Source: Anthoceros angustus (Eukaryota > Plantae > Anthocerotophyta). From it: 64,000 nt of DNA. Every line of letters begins with the position of its first letter. Position 1 is the first letter of the stretch. Of this stretch, positions 11,880 to 23,800 are shown one piece after another. The stretch is from NCBI GenBank assembly GCA_010909165.1, contig VJWM01000011.1:62001-126000 (forward strand), written 5' to 3'. The notes below the pieces were generated by a model that saw nothing but the letters and a program-made list of their open reading frames with translations, was not told the origin of the DNA and searched no databases. Both the position numbers and the translations under genes were made by a program.

Positions 11880-13300
11880 TCTACCGAGACCGTCGGCATT
11901 GAGATGCACTTTACCCGCTCGGTGCACAATCGCATGTCATATTACGATCGCCCATCGGGCAAGTTTTCCTCGATTTCATATTTGTCATCAGCCGGTGAAG
12001 GGCTGATGATCATGTTCAAGTTAAGCTCACCAAACAAATACACTGAAATGTAAAACCGCCCAAAAGCAGCATTCCCTTCATACGATGAGTAGTTTGCTTC
12101 CAGCATTGTTGGACCTACTTGCATGTCGACAACTCGCTCCTTTCCTTCTTCATCATGCAGGCCAGCAGACCAGCCGCACTCCGGTCAGTATATAAGACAA
12201 ATGGCTTATCAAAATCAGCCTTTTGAGCATTGGCCTTTCGCTGGTTCTTCAACTCCACCTTGCTTCTTCTTGTCCCCATCGCCAAGGCACTCCCTTCTTG
12301 AGCAATTCATACGACCTTGCATATCTGCTCATGTTTCGGACAAAAGCGGTAGTAATTGACAAGTCGAAATGCCCTTAAGGCGAATGTCTCTAGGGGGCAT
12401 GAGATCAATTGCCCGCCTTGGCCAGGTGAGGCAACACCCCACCTGGAACTATCTTATGCCCCAAGTACTCTATCTCCTTGTAAGCAAACTTGCATTTCTT
12501 TGGGTGTGCCTTCAATCCTGATTTGGCCAATCTTTGCAACAGAATCTCAAGGTGTTGGAGATGTTCTTCCAGGCTGTCACTGAACACTAGGATGTCATCG
12601 ATGTAACATCTTACAAATGACAGTCCCTGTAACTCCAAATCAGCCACCCGCTGAAAATAAATGGATGCGTTTTTCAAACCAAATGGCATTGTTTCCCACT
12701 CCCACAGCTGGTCCTTACCCCAAAAGCGGTCTTGCACTTGTCTCTTTCTTCGATGACTATTTGATTGAATCGACGAAATCCAATGTAGTGAAATACTTGG
12801 CACCTTGGCCAGTGAGGCAACACCCCACCGGAACTATCTTATGCCCCAAGTACTCTATCTCCTTGTAAGCAAACTTGCATTGGGTGTGCCTTCAACCATT
12901 TTTGGCCAATCTTTGCAAAATCTCAAGGTGTTGGAGATGTTCTTCCAGTGTCATCGAACACTAAGATGTCATCGATGTAACATCTTACAAAGCGATCTCA
13001 GAACTCAAATCCCACCACTGAAAATAAATGGATGCGTTTTCAAACCAAATGGCATTGTTTCCCACTCCCACTGGTCCTTACCCCAAAAGCGGTCTTGCAC
13101 TTGTCTCTTTCTTCGATGACTATTTGATTGAATCGACCGGAAATCCAATGTAGTGAAATACTTGGCCTGACCAATGGCATCAAAGATTTCATCCGGCGTC
13201 GGCATGGGATATCGCTCCATGGGTGTCACCTCATTCAAAGCACGATAGTCTCCACACATCCTTTCGTTCCATTCGCCATTCTCGTCCTTTTTAACCACGG
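11880..13300 (-). CDS. Reverse transcriptase and RNase H, element 1 (part of RT tandemly duplicated)
   Basis: MCGDYRALN, PMPTPDEIFD, TMPFGLKNA, CYIDDILVFS, YLGHKI; RNase H EANYSSYEG and HLNADGL. Duplicate units about 12420-12805 and 12806-13170. Confidence 0.93.
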
Positions 13301-13659
13301 TTGCCGATATCTGCGGTGGACTTTTCGATTAGTCCAGCGCCGACTCCTTGCATCTCCTATCCACAATGTCCCACTCCATGGGACTCGTGTCGCCGTCGAA
13401 TCGGTTCATTGGTGGTAGTGGTGATCTTGAACTTGATACGATCATCGCCTATTTCGGCTAAATTCGGTGTTTGTTCGAGCATATCCGAATCTTACATTGA
13501 TCTTCTTCTAACTCTTCGCATATCTGCCACTCATGTGTTGAGTTTACTGTCTCTGTTCTCTTGTGTTGTCACAGTCCCTGCAGTGTTCGCCGTATGACCT
13601 CCTTTGTGACACTGTATTGGAAACTCGCCTTCTTCAAGCACTGATAGATGCGTATCACC

Positions 13660-14560
13660 TCCCGCCTTGCACATACCTATTTGTGTGGCCAGACCCACGT
13701 TCAACAACCATTGCAAGCAGGTCAGATCAAACGCTTGACCCAGCAACTTGCATCGATATGTTTCAGAAATGCCCCGCGTGATGGTCCCGTCCGCATCAAA
13801 CCCCATGGCCCTTTCGCGCTCCATCACTGTGGGCTCACCTACCTCATTTCCAGCGAGATCCACCACGGTGCCGTCCCGCCTCTCGAAGGCATAAGATTGG
13901 CGGTCCTTACGGTGGGCGGGCCCTTCGGCTTCCCAACCTTATTTCTGAAATCGTGGAGGTTTGTCCATCTTCCGCCTGTGGTCACCCTCTTCTAAGATGT
14001 CATCCACATATCGTTTCTCTGGCTTGGTCAATTCACGGTGTTGCCTAAGAACCTCTACACCGGTCACGTTTGTCCAGAAACTTCGCACCCGGTGAGCGTA
14101 TGAGCCCGTTTGCGCAGCATCAATAATGAATTCCTCTCCTATCCAACTTCTGAGCTGCTCGTAGCCCCTCCTCACATGTTCACGTTTATCGAATGCTCCG
14201 CACACATTCTCGCATACCCAGAGTGATTGATTGGCGTACTTCCTTGAATCCGATTATACGCCACTTCCACACGTCACCCTTTCCACAACCGCCCTCGAAA
14301 ACGCCCGCATTCCCATCCATATGACATGTCGGACTGCTTCCATGTCGTTTTCAATCGGCGTCGGCACTGCTCGACATCCCTTCACGCCTCCATGCTTAGT
14401 AGTCCGGGATACGCCTTTGCATCCGATAATCCTGGATTTAGCTCTTGCGTGCCTTCTCGTCACTTCAACACCGTGTATTTCCTCACCGTATTCCACTCTT
14501 CAATACGCTTCAAGCGCTCTCGATCCACGAACACGACTCCATGAGGTGTATACCTCGCTC
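13660..14560 (-). CDS. DNMT3-like C5-cytosine DNA methyltransferase domain within pol, element 1 (frameshifted)
   Basis: Motif I-like GIHLME..IES..VLKSGIR; motif IV GWEC (14307-14318); motif VI CENV (ENV 14203-14211); motif VIII IDAAQTGSYAHRVRSFWTN; motifs IX-X ERERAMGF..YRCKLLGQAFDL. Confidence 0.9.
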
Positions 14561-14949
14561 GTCGGTTGCCACCGAATCACATCCGTATTGATCCTCAAAG
14601 CGGCTCTAAGGCTCCCAACTGGGCAAACATTTTCGGACACACGCATGGCTGCCACACCTTAGCGGCTGTCGGGTGAGCTCGGGCCAAAGCTTTCGGCAAG
14701 GGGTTTTTACATACATACACCACGCTTTGGCGCTCCTCCACCTCTTCCCGCGAGTTCTGAGTTTCTTCCCACCACTTGCATGCACAATGTGTACCCGTCG
14801 CCGTGAATGCAATCATGCTATCGATCTTTCGGCATGCCTCATATCAAGCGGATCACGGCCACTTGTGTGAAGTCCCCATCCCGCCACCGCGGCCTATAAA
14901 AAGCAACGAGTGCAGGTCTACCCCATTCTTTGGGCCGTGTGGCATTTAA

Positions 14950-16650
14950 AAGTATCGTAATTCCTTGCGTTAGACACCAAGCAATGAACTTGATGATAAG
15001 GCATCTTTGTGCACGGCTTGAACTATCGTCTTGGCTCACGAGTCATTCCCATCACCCGTTCCTTGGTTCCTGCGGATGTGGTAATGTGCACTTCACATGG
15101 CTTAAGCTTATCCCGTATAGTGGAGCCTTACAGCCCGTGCAGCAACACGGGTCCGCTGTATCTACCAACACATATTGCGGGCAAAGCCGTTGACCGTTAC
15201 CTCCCGACCTTGATTATTGACCATGGCAATGCCTCCTTTGCCCGTGCGGCAGGTGTGGTCCCACGTGGTGGCGCATCCGGACACTGGTCGCGTCCTGCAT
15301 TCCTTTTGTATCCGAGGCCTTCATGGCACGCTTAAATGTTGCGTCTTGACTCCCGGATCACGCAAGCTCATCACGGGCACATCCATCACCTTCTCGAGCA
15401 TAAGTTCAACTGGGTGATTTCTCTTGAGACGTCCGTTCCTCCGGTCTTCTTCATCGCCTAAAGATTTGGGCATCTTGGTGATTCCTTTCCTCACCTTCTT
15501 TCTTCGTGCGCTCCAGTCGGTAGTCGTTCATCCTCGCGACTTCGTGGCCATTAGCGCATACACCTCTGGGTCCGAATCATAGTCCTCAGTGATAGCCACC
15601 GAGCTTCCCCCCGTGCTTACACTCATGGCTAGTTTTTCTTGCAGCCTGTGCACCTCACTGAGCAGCGCTTTCCGGGTGTACCCCTCTGTTGATTTTGCCT
15701 TGGCAGGCACCCGTTCCACAACCCCCTTTGGCTTAAATTCGGGATGAGCCTGCCAACACGCTGCTTCCGTATGTCCGGTTTTGGCACGTTCGGCATTGCT
15801 CCTTCTCCTTCGTCCCCCCAACCCGATACTCACACTCGAAGGCCTTGTGCGGCCCCCTGCAGCGAAGACATTTCACCGTGGCTTTGTTGGTGGTTTGTTG
15901 ACGCGTTCATGGTGGGAATTCAGCGTGTTCACTGAGTGTGCTCGCTAGTTCTTCCTTGAAACCTTGGGTTGTTCATGGCATCTTCTCCTCTCACCAGTTG
16001 TGCTCCTCCCGATGGCACTTGTCACGTCGCCCTTCATGACCCGTTCGGCCATCTCATAGGCTTGTTCTAGCTCGTAGTCGGCACCATGCATCGTATGCGG
16101 AAATTGGCAATCACTCTTCTTTGTCTTCCGGAAGGCGGCTATGTAGATCGGCTTCGCATCGTCTTCACAGCGTGTCTTTCACCGATTGCCTCGACCTCAA
16201 ATAGGCGGATCGAGAGGTTCGTTGGGCTTGATGGTGAACGACACCTCCAATCTTCTCTATAGAGGCTAAGAAACATTTCCGCAATTTGGAGAACATTTCG
16301 TCCACGGTACGTGATGGCATCGGTTTGTGTGGGCGGGCGACTCCTCCTCTTCATCGCTTTCAACATCTTCTTGGCCATTCTTGCCTGGCGAGCCCGCATC
16401 CGCAAGATCGATCCTTGCGATCCGCAAGTCGTGCCTCTCCGCAAGAAAGCGTGCTCATCTTCCTTAGTGCCATTTCGGTGGTCGGACTGTACTTGAGCAC
16501 CATCTCATCGATTGCCCACGAACTTTTCCTCAAAATCGCCAGCGACATGCGCCATGTCTGTGGTGAACACATCATTTTACTAGGCGCTATCTCGTATTCC
16601 ATTCGACTCCACTACTCTCTTCAAATGCTATGGATCGGATGGGACTATAC
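14950..16650 (-). CDS. Gag (zinc knuckle) and aspartic protease, element 1
   Basis: GHTEAACWQAHP knuckle at about 15750-15790; protease VLVDTA at about 15155; gag helical region 16140-16600. Confidence 0.7.
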
Positions 16651-17088
16651 ACCCTCTCAATCGACCACTTGGCTTATGGTGAGGATATTGTGTGCATGCG
16701 AGCTTCACGAGTAGGAGTAAACTCGTTTGTCCACCGGACCGCGAAACACCATTACCTTACCAATCCCTTCCTCTGCGAGAAACTATGTATGGCATGTCAT
16801 CAAAGTTAGTGTTGGCTCCCCCTTAGTCAATCGACCAACCACGGTTTGTCAATCACTTCATCCCACAACCTACGCCACAAATATGCGGGTTCTAGTTACG
16901 CTAGGGCATAAATGGAATGGACCGACCGCATAAAACAACACAGTAGTCTCTGACACCCTCATCCACGATTCACCATGGACTTATCGTATGCTCCACCGTC
17001 ATACGTAGCGTCCTTGAGTTCCCTTCGCTCGCTTTGGCTAAGTCGGCCACCTTTTGCAGCCGCCCGGATCCGACTCAAGGATTCGATG

Positions 17089-17557
17089 TGCAAAATTTCA
17101 TTTCACTTGGATGTAGGATCCAATCCACTCATCTACACTTCCCAAGAGTTGTCGCTGTCCAAGGAAACTTCGTTATGCTACGTTGGGATCCGTATGGTTT
17201 GCTCCCAAGAACAACACAATCCGCTGCTCGCTTGCTATCTTATATCTGCTAAGTGCTTGGCGGCCTTCTCTCGCGAATCACGGGTACCGCGGTAGCGCCG
17301 ACACCCTCACGAAGGCAGATGCGTGCCTCGTGCGCGGCTCACAATAACTCCGCAATTACGGTGATCACGGTTTGACACCCGCTACCACGCGATTTGTGGC
17401 CATCCTCGAACTCACATACGCATGTTCAGCATCGCATGCATCCATCATTCATTCCCACCATGCATGCATGTCCATAAGCGGACATACATACCATATTCAC
17501 GCACATGCATGCACCCACATACCCCTTCACCGAACACAACACCAGGGTGTCATGATA
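17089..17557 (-). repeat. Element 1 5' LTR (X only, plus 5-nt terminal TATCA)
   Basis: Matches the X copies at 7707-8187 and 8306-8740; TATA-like TATAAGA on the coding strand near 17240; no Y sequence adjacent. Confidence 0.8.
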
Positions 17558-18429
17558 GCCGCCCTGGCCGCCTCCACCTTCCCCTTCACTTTCAGGGGCT
17601 CGGGAACCACTCCCCCGACTTCCTTCGCTGGACGATTGTAGACCGTCCTCAGGACCTCCACGGTCCACCTCCTGGGGTCCTCCCGCAGGTTCTTGGAGCG
17701 GACCTCCTTGTTGGCCGTTGCCAACATCTTGAGGCATACTCCGGACTAGGGCGGTCAAGGTCCGAGACACTGGCTATCCAGCCAATCCTCTACTAGCTCC
17801 TCCGCCTCCTCCAGCCAAGGGCCGAAGTCCGGGTAGCGCTTGGTGACGATGTTGCGCTCCACCAGGTGCCAAGGCTCCCATACTTCCGGCGCCTTCTTGG
17901 GTCCCATCGCCGCGCTCCTCTTGTTCCGCTGTTGGGGCTTGAGGCTCAACAGTCTTACGTTCCTTTGCCGCTGCGTCGGTCGCTCCAACCACAAAGACGA
18001 GCCGCGCGTGAGGGTGCTTGAGCGCTCGAAAAGACAACGCCAGAGAGCCGGGTGTCGGCGTGAGATCATGAATCGCCAAGTCGCTTGGAAGAATGGTCTC
18101 ATCGGCCCCCACGCCGAGAGTAACCCACGAGGCGGCTTCAGAATCGCCAAGTCGCTTGGAAGAATGGTCTCCGCTCTCATTACGTCGAGTAACCGCCAGG
18201 CGGCTCTTCACCGTGCCTGAGGCCTGCATGGCTTACTCTTGCCTTCCAGAGCTGCATTTAGCCTTACGCGCCACTACCCGGGCGTGAATACCTGCCCATA
18301 ACGGCCACTGGCAACCCTACGGTCCTGGTCCGCTGCATGCCCGTCCACCTCTCAGTACCGTCCACGTGGCCCCGTTTGCCTAAAATACGCTCCGACTCCT
18401 AAGTTTCTTTACCTGGCGTACTCATCCGT

Positions 18430-18600
18430 CCGGCTCCGGAGTATAGTCCGGACTTACCCCGGGCACTCCGGAGTGCGGTCCGGCCCGTTCCGGAGTGTGC
18501 TCCGGAGTCCTTCTGCCTACTCCGGAGTCTTTCGGCCTACTCCGGAGTCTTCGCCATCAGCTCTTCGCCTACTCCCGAGTCTTTCCGCCTCCGAGTGTGT
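18430..18600. repeat. Cluster of (A)CTCCGGAG(T) palindromic motifs
   Basis: About six TCCGGAGT copies plus degenerate variants in 170 bp. Confidence 0.6.
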
Positions 18601-18769
18601 GTAGTCGAGCACCTGACTTATTGCTTCCTTTCCGCCTTATTTTCTACTCCATGCCTACGAAAAAAACTAAAATCTTACTCATTTCCTATCCAAAGGGAGA
18701 GGCCGTGGTCCACAGCTGTGCAGGAGGCTGGAGGGTCAGTGGAAGGATTTCTCGCTGCATGCAAAGCTA

Positions 18770-20800
18770 AGAAGGAGGGAGGGAAGCGGAAATATGAGCT
18801 TGCCAAACTTCGACAGGGATATACGGGATCGGACCGTGGAACATGATACTTAAGACGATGATGGCGGGAGGAGGATCAAGTAGGAGGTAATGGTGTGTTT
18901 GAGGACCAAATGTCAAGTAATCAGCTCCGAGGGGCGACAATGCCGATGACAAGAATGGGGATGCGGAGGGGGAAGATGGGCAAGAAGGGGAAAGAGAAGG
19001 GGAAGAAGAGGATGAGGAAGAGGACAATCACTACTAGGAAAAGTGTACTTTTACCATGGACATTACTACGGACTTTACAACGGGCATTACTACTCCCGTA
19101 GTAAAACGTCAGTAGTAATCACATAGCGTTAGTGTCCGTGGTAAAGTCCAGTACATCGTATATGATGGCTATACTCTGTATTCTATACGGAGTACGTATG
19201 GAGTTTGTTAATAAAGTCTACCGTATACTAGTTACTCTTTAAATTACCAAACCTTTTACCACGGTATTTACTACGTCGAACAACCACGGACTTTACTACT
19301 GGCCTAATCGTGGTTAAAAATAATGGTTAGTTAACCGAGATTAGCTAACTACAGTATATTAACTGCAGTTAAATGAGTGGGTTTGGTTAATCATATGTTG
19401 ACCATAGTTAATTAATCACGGTTAAGTAATCCGACAGCTCCGTTGTAAATTCCCGCTGGGTTCCGTTGTAAATCTCTCCGTTGTAGAAAAAGACCCTGTA
19501 GTAATATTTTATAGTAAATATTCGTAGTAAAATCCTGTAGTAAACAGCGTGGTTAACATACGTAGTAAAATTCTATAGTAAAAGTATGTTATAAAATTCT
19601 ATGGTAAAAAGTCCGTAGTAAAATTCTACAGTAAAAGCTCGTAGTAAAATTCTATAGTAAAAGTTCGTAGTGAAATGTTTAGTAGTGGACTCCCTGTAGT
19701 AAATGGAACGTAGCAAAAGATTGGCTGCAAAGTGTATGCAGATTCATAACCGATGTTGTCAATTTCATAAGTGAGGAGGGAAGGAGGAGGAGGGGAAGGA
19801 AATATGAGCTTGCCAAACTTGACGGATATACGGATCGGACCGGGGAACATGTGGCAGATGGCGATGATGGCGGGGAGGAGGATCAAGTAGGAGGTAATGG
19901 TGTGTTTGAGGACCAAATGTCAAGTGACGAAGTACGCTCCGAGGACGACAATGCCGATGACAAGAATGGGGATGCGGAGGGGGAAGATGGGCAAGAAGGG
20001 GAAAGAGAAGGGGAAGAAGAGGATGAGGAAGAGGACAATCACTACTAGGAAAAGTGTACTTTTACCATGGACATTACTACGGACTTTACACGGGCATTAC
20101 TACTCCGTAGTAAAAGCGTCGTAATCACATAGCGTTAGTGTCGTGGTAAAAGTCCAAGACATCGTATATGATGGCTATACTCTGTATTCTATACGGAGTA
20201 TGTACAGAGTATGTTAATGAAGTCTACCGTATACTAGTTACTCTTTAAATTACCAAACCTTTTACCACGGTATTTACTACGTCGAACAACCACGGACTTT
20301 ACTACTGGCCTAATCGTGGTTAAAAATAATGGTTAGTTAACCGAGATTAGCTAACTACAGTATATTAACTGCAGTTAAATGAGTGGGTTTGGTTAATCAT
20401 ATGTTGACCATAGTTAATTAATCACGGTTAAGTAATCCGACAGCTCCGTTGTAAATTCCCGCTGGATTCCGTTGTAAATCTCTCCGTTGTAGAAAAAGAT
20501 CTTCTAGTAATATTTTATAGTAAGTATTCGTAGTAAAATCCTGTAGTAAACAGCGTGGTTAACATATGTAGTAAAATTCTATAGTAAAAGTATGTTGTAA
20601 AATTCTATGGTAAAAAGTCCGTAGTAAAATTCTACAGTAAAAGCTCGTAGTAAAATTCTATAGTAAAAGTTCGTAGTGAAATGTTTAGTAGTGGACTCCC
20701 TGTAGTAAATGGAACGTAGCAAAAGATTGGCTGCAAAGTGTATGCAGATTCATAACCGATGTTGTCAATTTCAGAAGTGAGGAGGGAAGGAGGAGGAGGA
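18770..20800. repeat. About 1-kb tandem duplication covering host flank and the CACTA left end
   Basis: Two copies (about 18770-19790 and 19790-20800), each with the acidic ORF, AAT and CACTACTAGGAAAAGT (19029 and 20040). Confidence 0.85.
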
Positions 20801-23800
20801 GGAGGGAGGAGGAGGGTAGGCAGGGGATAGGATGTGGGGAGGAGGAGGAGTGAGGGAGGACAGTTCGACCAAACCACTGTTTGCAGACCCAGGCTACATC
20901 ATCAGAGCGTCATACACCTGCAATTCCGCCCTTATGTGTATTCAAAAACAAGAGTTGTCCTCTCCAGCTAGCCGGCCAAATCCATGGCATTGCCCTTAGA
21001 AAACCAGGCATCCTACAGAAAATTTACACACCCAAAATATGAGGTCCTGGAACAAGAAATTTCAGACAAATCATGGAACATGGAAATGATGAAAGCAACA
21101 GCATCAGCCTCTAACCTTAATCATGCTGAGACTTCCTCAGCATCCTTGGCCACTTTGCGGGGAAGGTAGTGCCCAACCATCCAGACATTTTTTTTCAAAA
21201 TGGCATCCATGACCTTGCCATCGCATTCATCGGTTGGGTAACCTGCCTCAACCAACAGGTTCCACACGTTAATAGCAGTGTCAATCCCCTGTGAGTTAAC
21301 CTGTGGACCCAAAGCAGGACTTGTGATTTTGGAATTCATCCAAAACGCTCGCAGCTTCACCAGCCAATTTCCGTGAACTGTACCAACAGCTCTGATCTCA
21401 TCCACGGTTGGCTCCCTCCCAAACATTCCTCTGAACCTATCCAGAAAACCACGCCAAAGCATGTGTAGGTATTGCTACTCGTATCCTTCACCCTCTTCAT
21501 GGCACCCTCCTCCCCAGCACAAAATAGAAAGTACAACTGCTCTGATCATGCGGCAGCACCTACGGTCCCTATGTCTGCCCTGGGATTGAGAAACACAGCA
21601 CAGCAAAACTCCAGCTCACATGCAAAGCTTGCAGCACATGGCCTCGCTCACTCGCGATGCCAGATTGAAAATCAAAGCAAATGCAGCAAGAGCAAAACCG
21701 TGTTGTTCAAAACTTTCAAACGCAATCAGTCCCTGGATAGGGCTCCAAATTGGACACACAGTATACCATTAGACTCGCCTCATCAAGGCGAGCAGTTTGG
21801 TATAAGAATCAACGGCAACCGACCTGTAACGCGGGCGCTATGAGCCCTGGAAGGTTGGAAACCCCAAACTTGTTGGGTCAGCGTTGCTGTGGCTGCAACG
21901 CTGCTGCGGCTGGTGAGGCGGGGGAGGTGGTGCCTTGCTGTGGGTGCGTAGCCACCTCCTCTAAGCCCAGACGCACTCAGATCTCGCAGTTAGTCGTCAC
22001 CTGCACTGCAACAGGACAGCATGTAAATCCTTGCAACCCTTGAGCCCAAATCTGGCTGCCTGCACCAGGCAGCTTGGAGTCGGGTAAGTCGCACCTGGCA
22101 CTGCAGCGGGACACAGAAACATCAATCCTTGCAACCTAAACATGGAACTGATGAAAGCAACAGCATCAGCCTCTAACCTTAATCATGCTGAGACTTCCTC
22201 AGCATCCTTGGCCACTTTGCGGGGAAGGTAGTGCCCTACCATCCACCCGTCGTCTAAGACATTTTTTTTTATGATGGCATCCATGACCTTGCCATCGCAT
22301 TCATCGGTTGGGTAACCTGCCTCAACCAACAGGTTCCACACGTTAATAGCAGTGTCAATCCCCCCCTGTGAGTTAACCTGTGGACCCAAAGCAGGACTTG
22401 TGATTTTGGAATTCATCCAAAACGCTCGCAGCTTCACCAGCCAATTTCCGTGAACTGTACCAACAGCTCTGATCTCATCCACGGTTGGCTCCCTCCCAAA
22501 CATTCCTCTGAACCTATCCAGAAAACCACGCCCCCATGGCCAAAGCATGTAGGTATTGCTACCTGTATCCTTCACCCTCTTCATGGCACCCTCCTCCCCA
22601 GCACAAAATAGAAAGTACAACTGATCATCATGCAGCACCTCGGTCCCCTATGTCTGCCCTAGGATTGAGAAACACAGCACAGCAAAACTCCAGCTCACAT
22701 GCAAAGCTTGCAGCACGGCCTCGCTCACTCGCGATGCCAGATTGAAAATCAAAGCAAATGCAGCAAGAGCAAAACCCTGCTGTTCGAAACTTTCAAACGC
22801 AATCAGTCCCTGGATAGGGCTCCAAATTGGACACACAGTATACCATTAGACTCGCCTCATCAAGGCGAGCAGTTTGGTATAAGAATCAACGGCAACCGAC
22901 CTGTAACGCGGGCGCTATGAGCCCTGGAAGGTTGGAAACCCCAAACTTGTTGGGTCAGCGTTGCTGTGGCTGCAACGCTGCTGCGGCTGGTGAGGCGGGG
23001 AGGTGGTGCCTTGCTGTGGGTGCGTAGCCACCTCCTCTAAGCCCAGACGCACTCAGATCTCGCAGTTAGTCGTCGAAGTGACATGAAATCTGCTCACGTG
23101 CAGGTTTCTAGGAGTCGTGGGAACGACTTTGTTGATGGGCTGCCTGCACCAGGCAGCTTGGAGTCGGGTAAATCGCACCTGGCACTGCAGCGGGACAAAG
23201 AAACATCAATCCTTGGCTGGAACAACGAAAGCACTTGAGTTTCTAAGATAGCTGCAGGCACTCTCCCTTGGCGCGACTTCGATGACTAGCTGCCTCCATC
23301 TCCATCTCCAGGGTTTAGCATGGCGGCCATGGCTGGCGTCAGCGATTCTGGTGCGGGCTTGCCTCTCTGAGTCATGATACGAGACGAAGGGTTTTCCATA
23401 CACTTGTACAGCGTCTCTCCCTTGACCGCGGTGTGAAACGCCGGCGGGAAATGACTCATAGTCAGGACTTCCCGCCATTAGGTTGAGCAGGAATTTCGCA
23501 GCACTCGCCAGTGCGTGTTTTTTGCATGATGTTTTTGCTCTGGTGGGAATGGAGCTCAAACCCTGATATGGCTTGGTGAATTAGCACATTATCATTGCAT
23601 TTATAGCCTTCTTCTTCCTTGAATATCGGTGATAATAGGACTTTACCCGAACCCTAGACCTCAAGCCAACATATTCCATGCGAATCCCGAAGCCCAAGGT
23701 TACTTTAACCAAACCCTAAGCCTCATCCGACATATTCAACTCGATTTTCGAAGGCCAAGGTTAATTTGACCCAAACCCTAATCCTCGGCCGGCATCATTT

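Larger units (their letters stand above)
7579..17557 (-). mobile_element. DNMT3-carrying Ty3/Gypsy retrotransposon, element 1 (gag-PR-DNMT-RT-RH-INT-PHD-unknown ORF)
   Basis: TSD GCCG at 7575-7578 and 17558-17561; terminal direct repeats; ordered pol domains listed below; frameshifted. Confidence 0.9.
6300..18230 (-). pseudogene. Host retroelement-like ORF region (about 6300-7578 plus 17558-18230) split by DNMT-Gypsy element 1
   Basis: Removing 7579-17557 and one GCCG copy joins ..KVKGKVEAARA-A-LLRQGTQRSSNGWLMSNLLD.. in frame; family unassigned. Confidence 0.55.

Noticed and set aside
7579-17557. DIRS/Ngaro tyrosine-recombinase classification based on the split repeats
   Set aside because: No tyrosine-recombinase motifs seen; a DDE integrase, protease and TSD are present.
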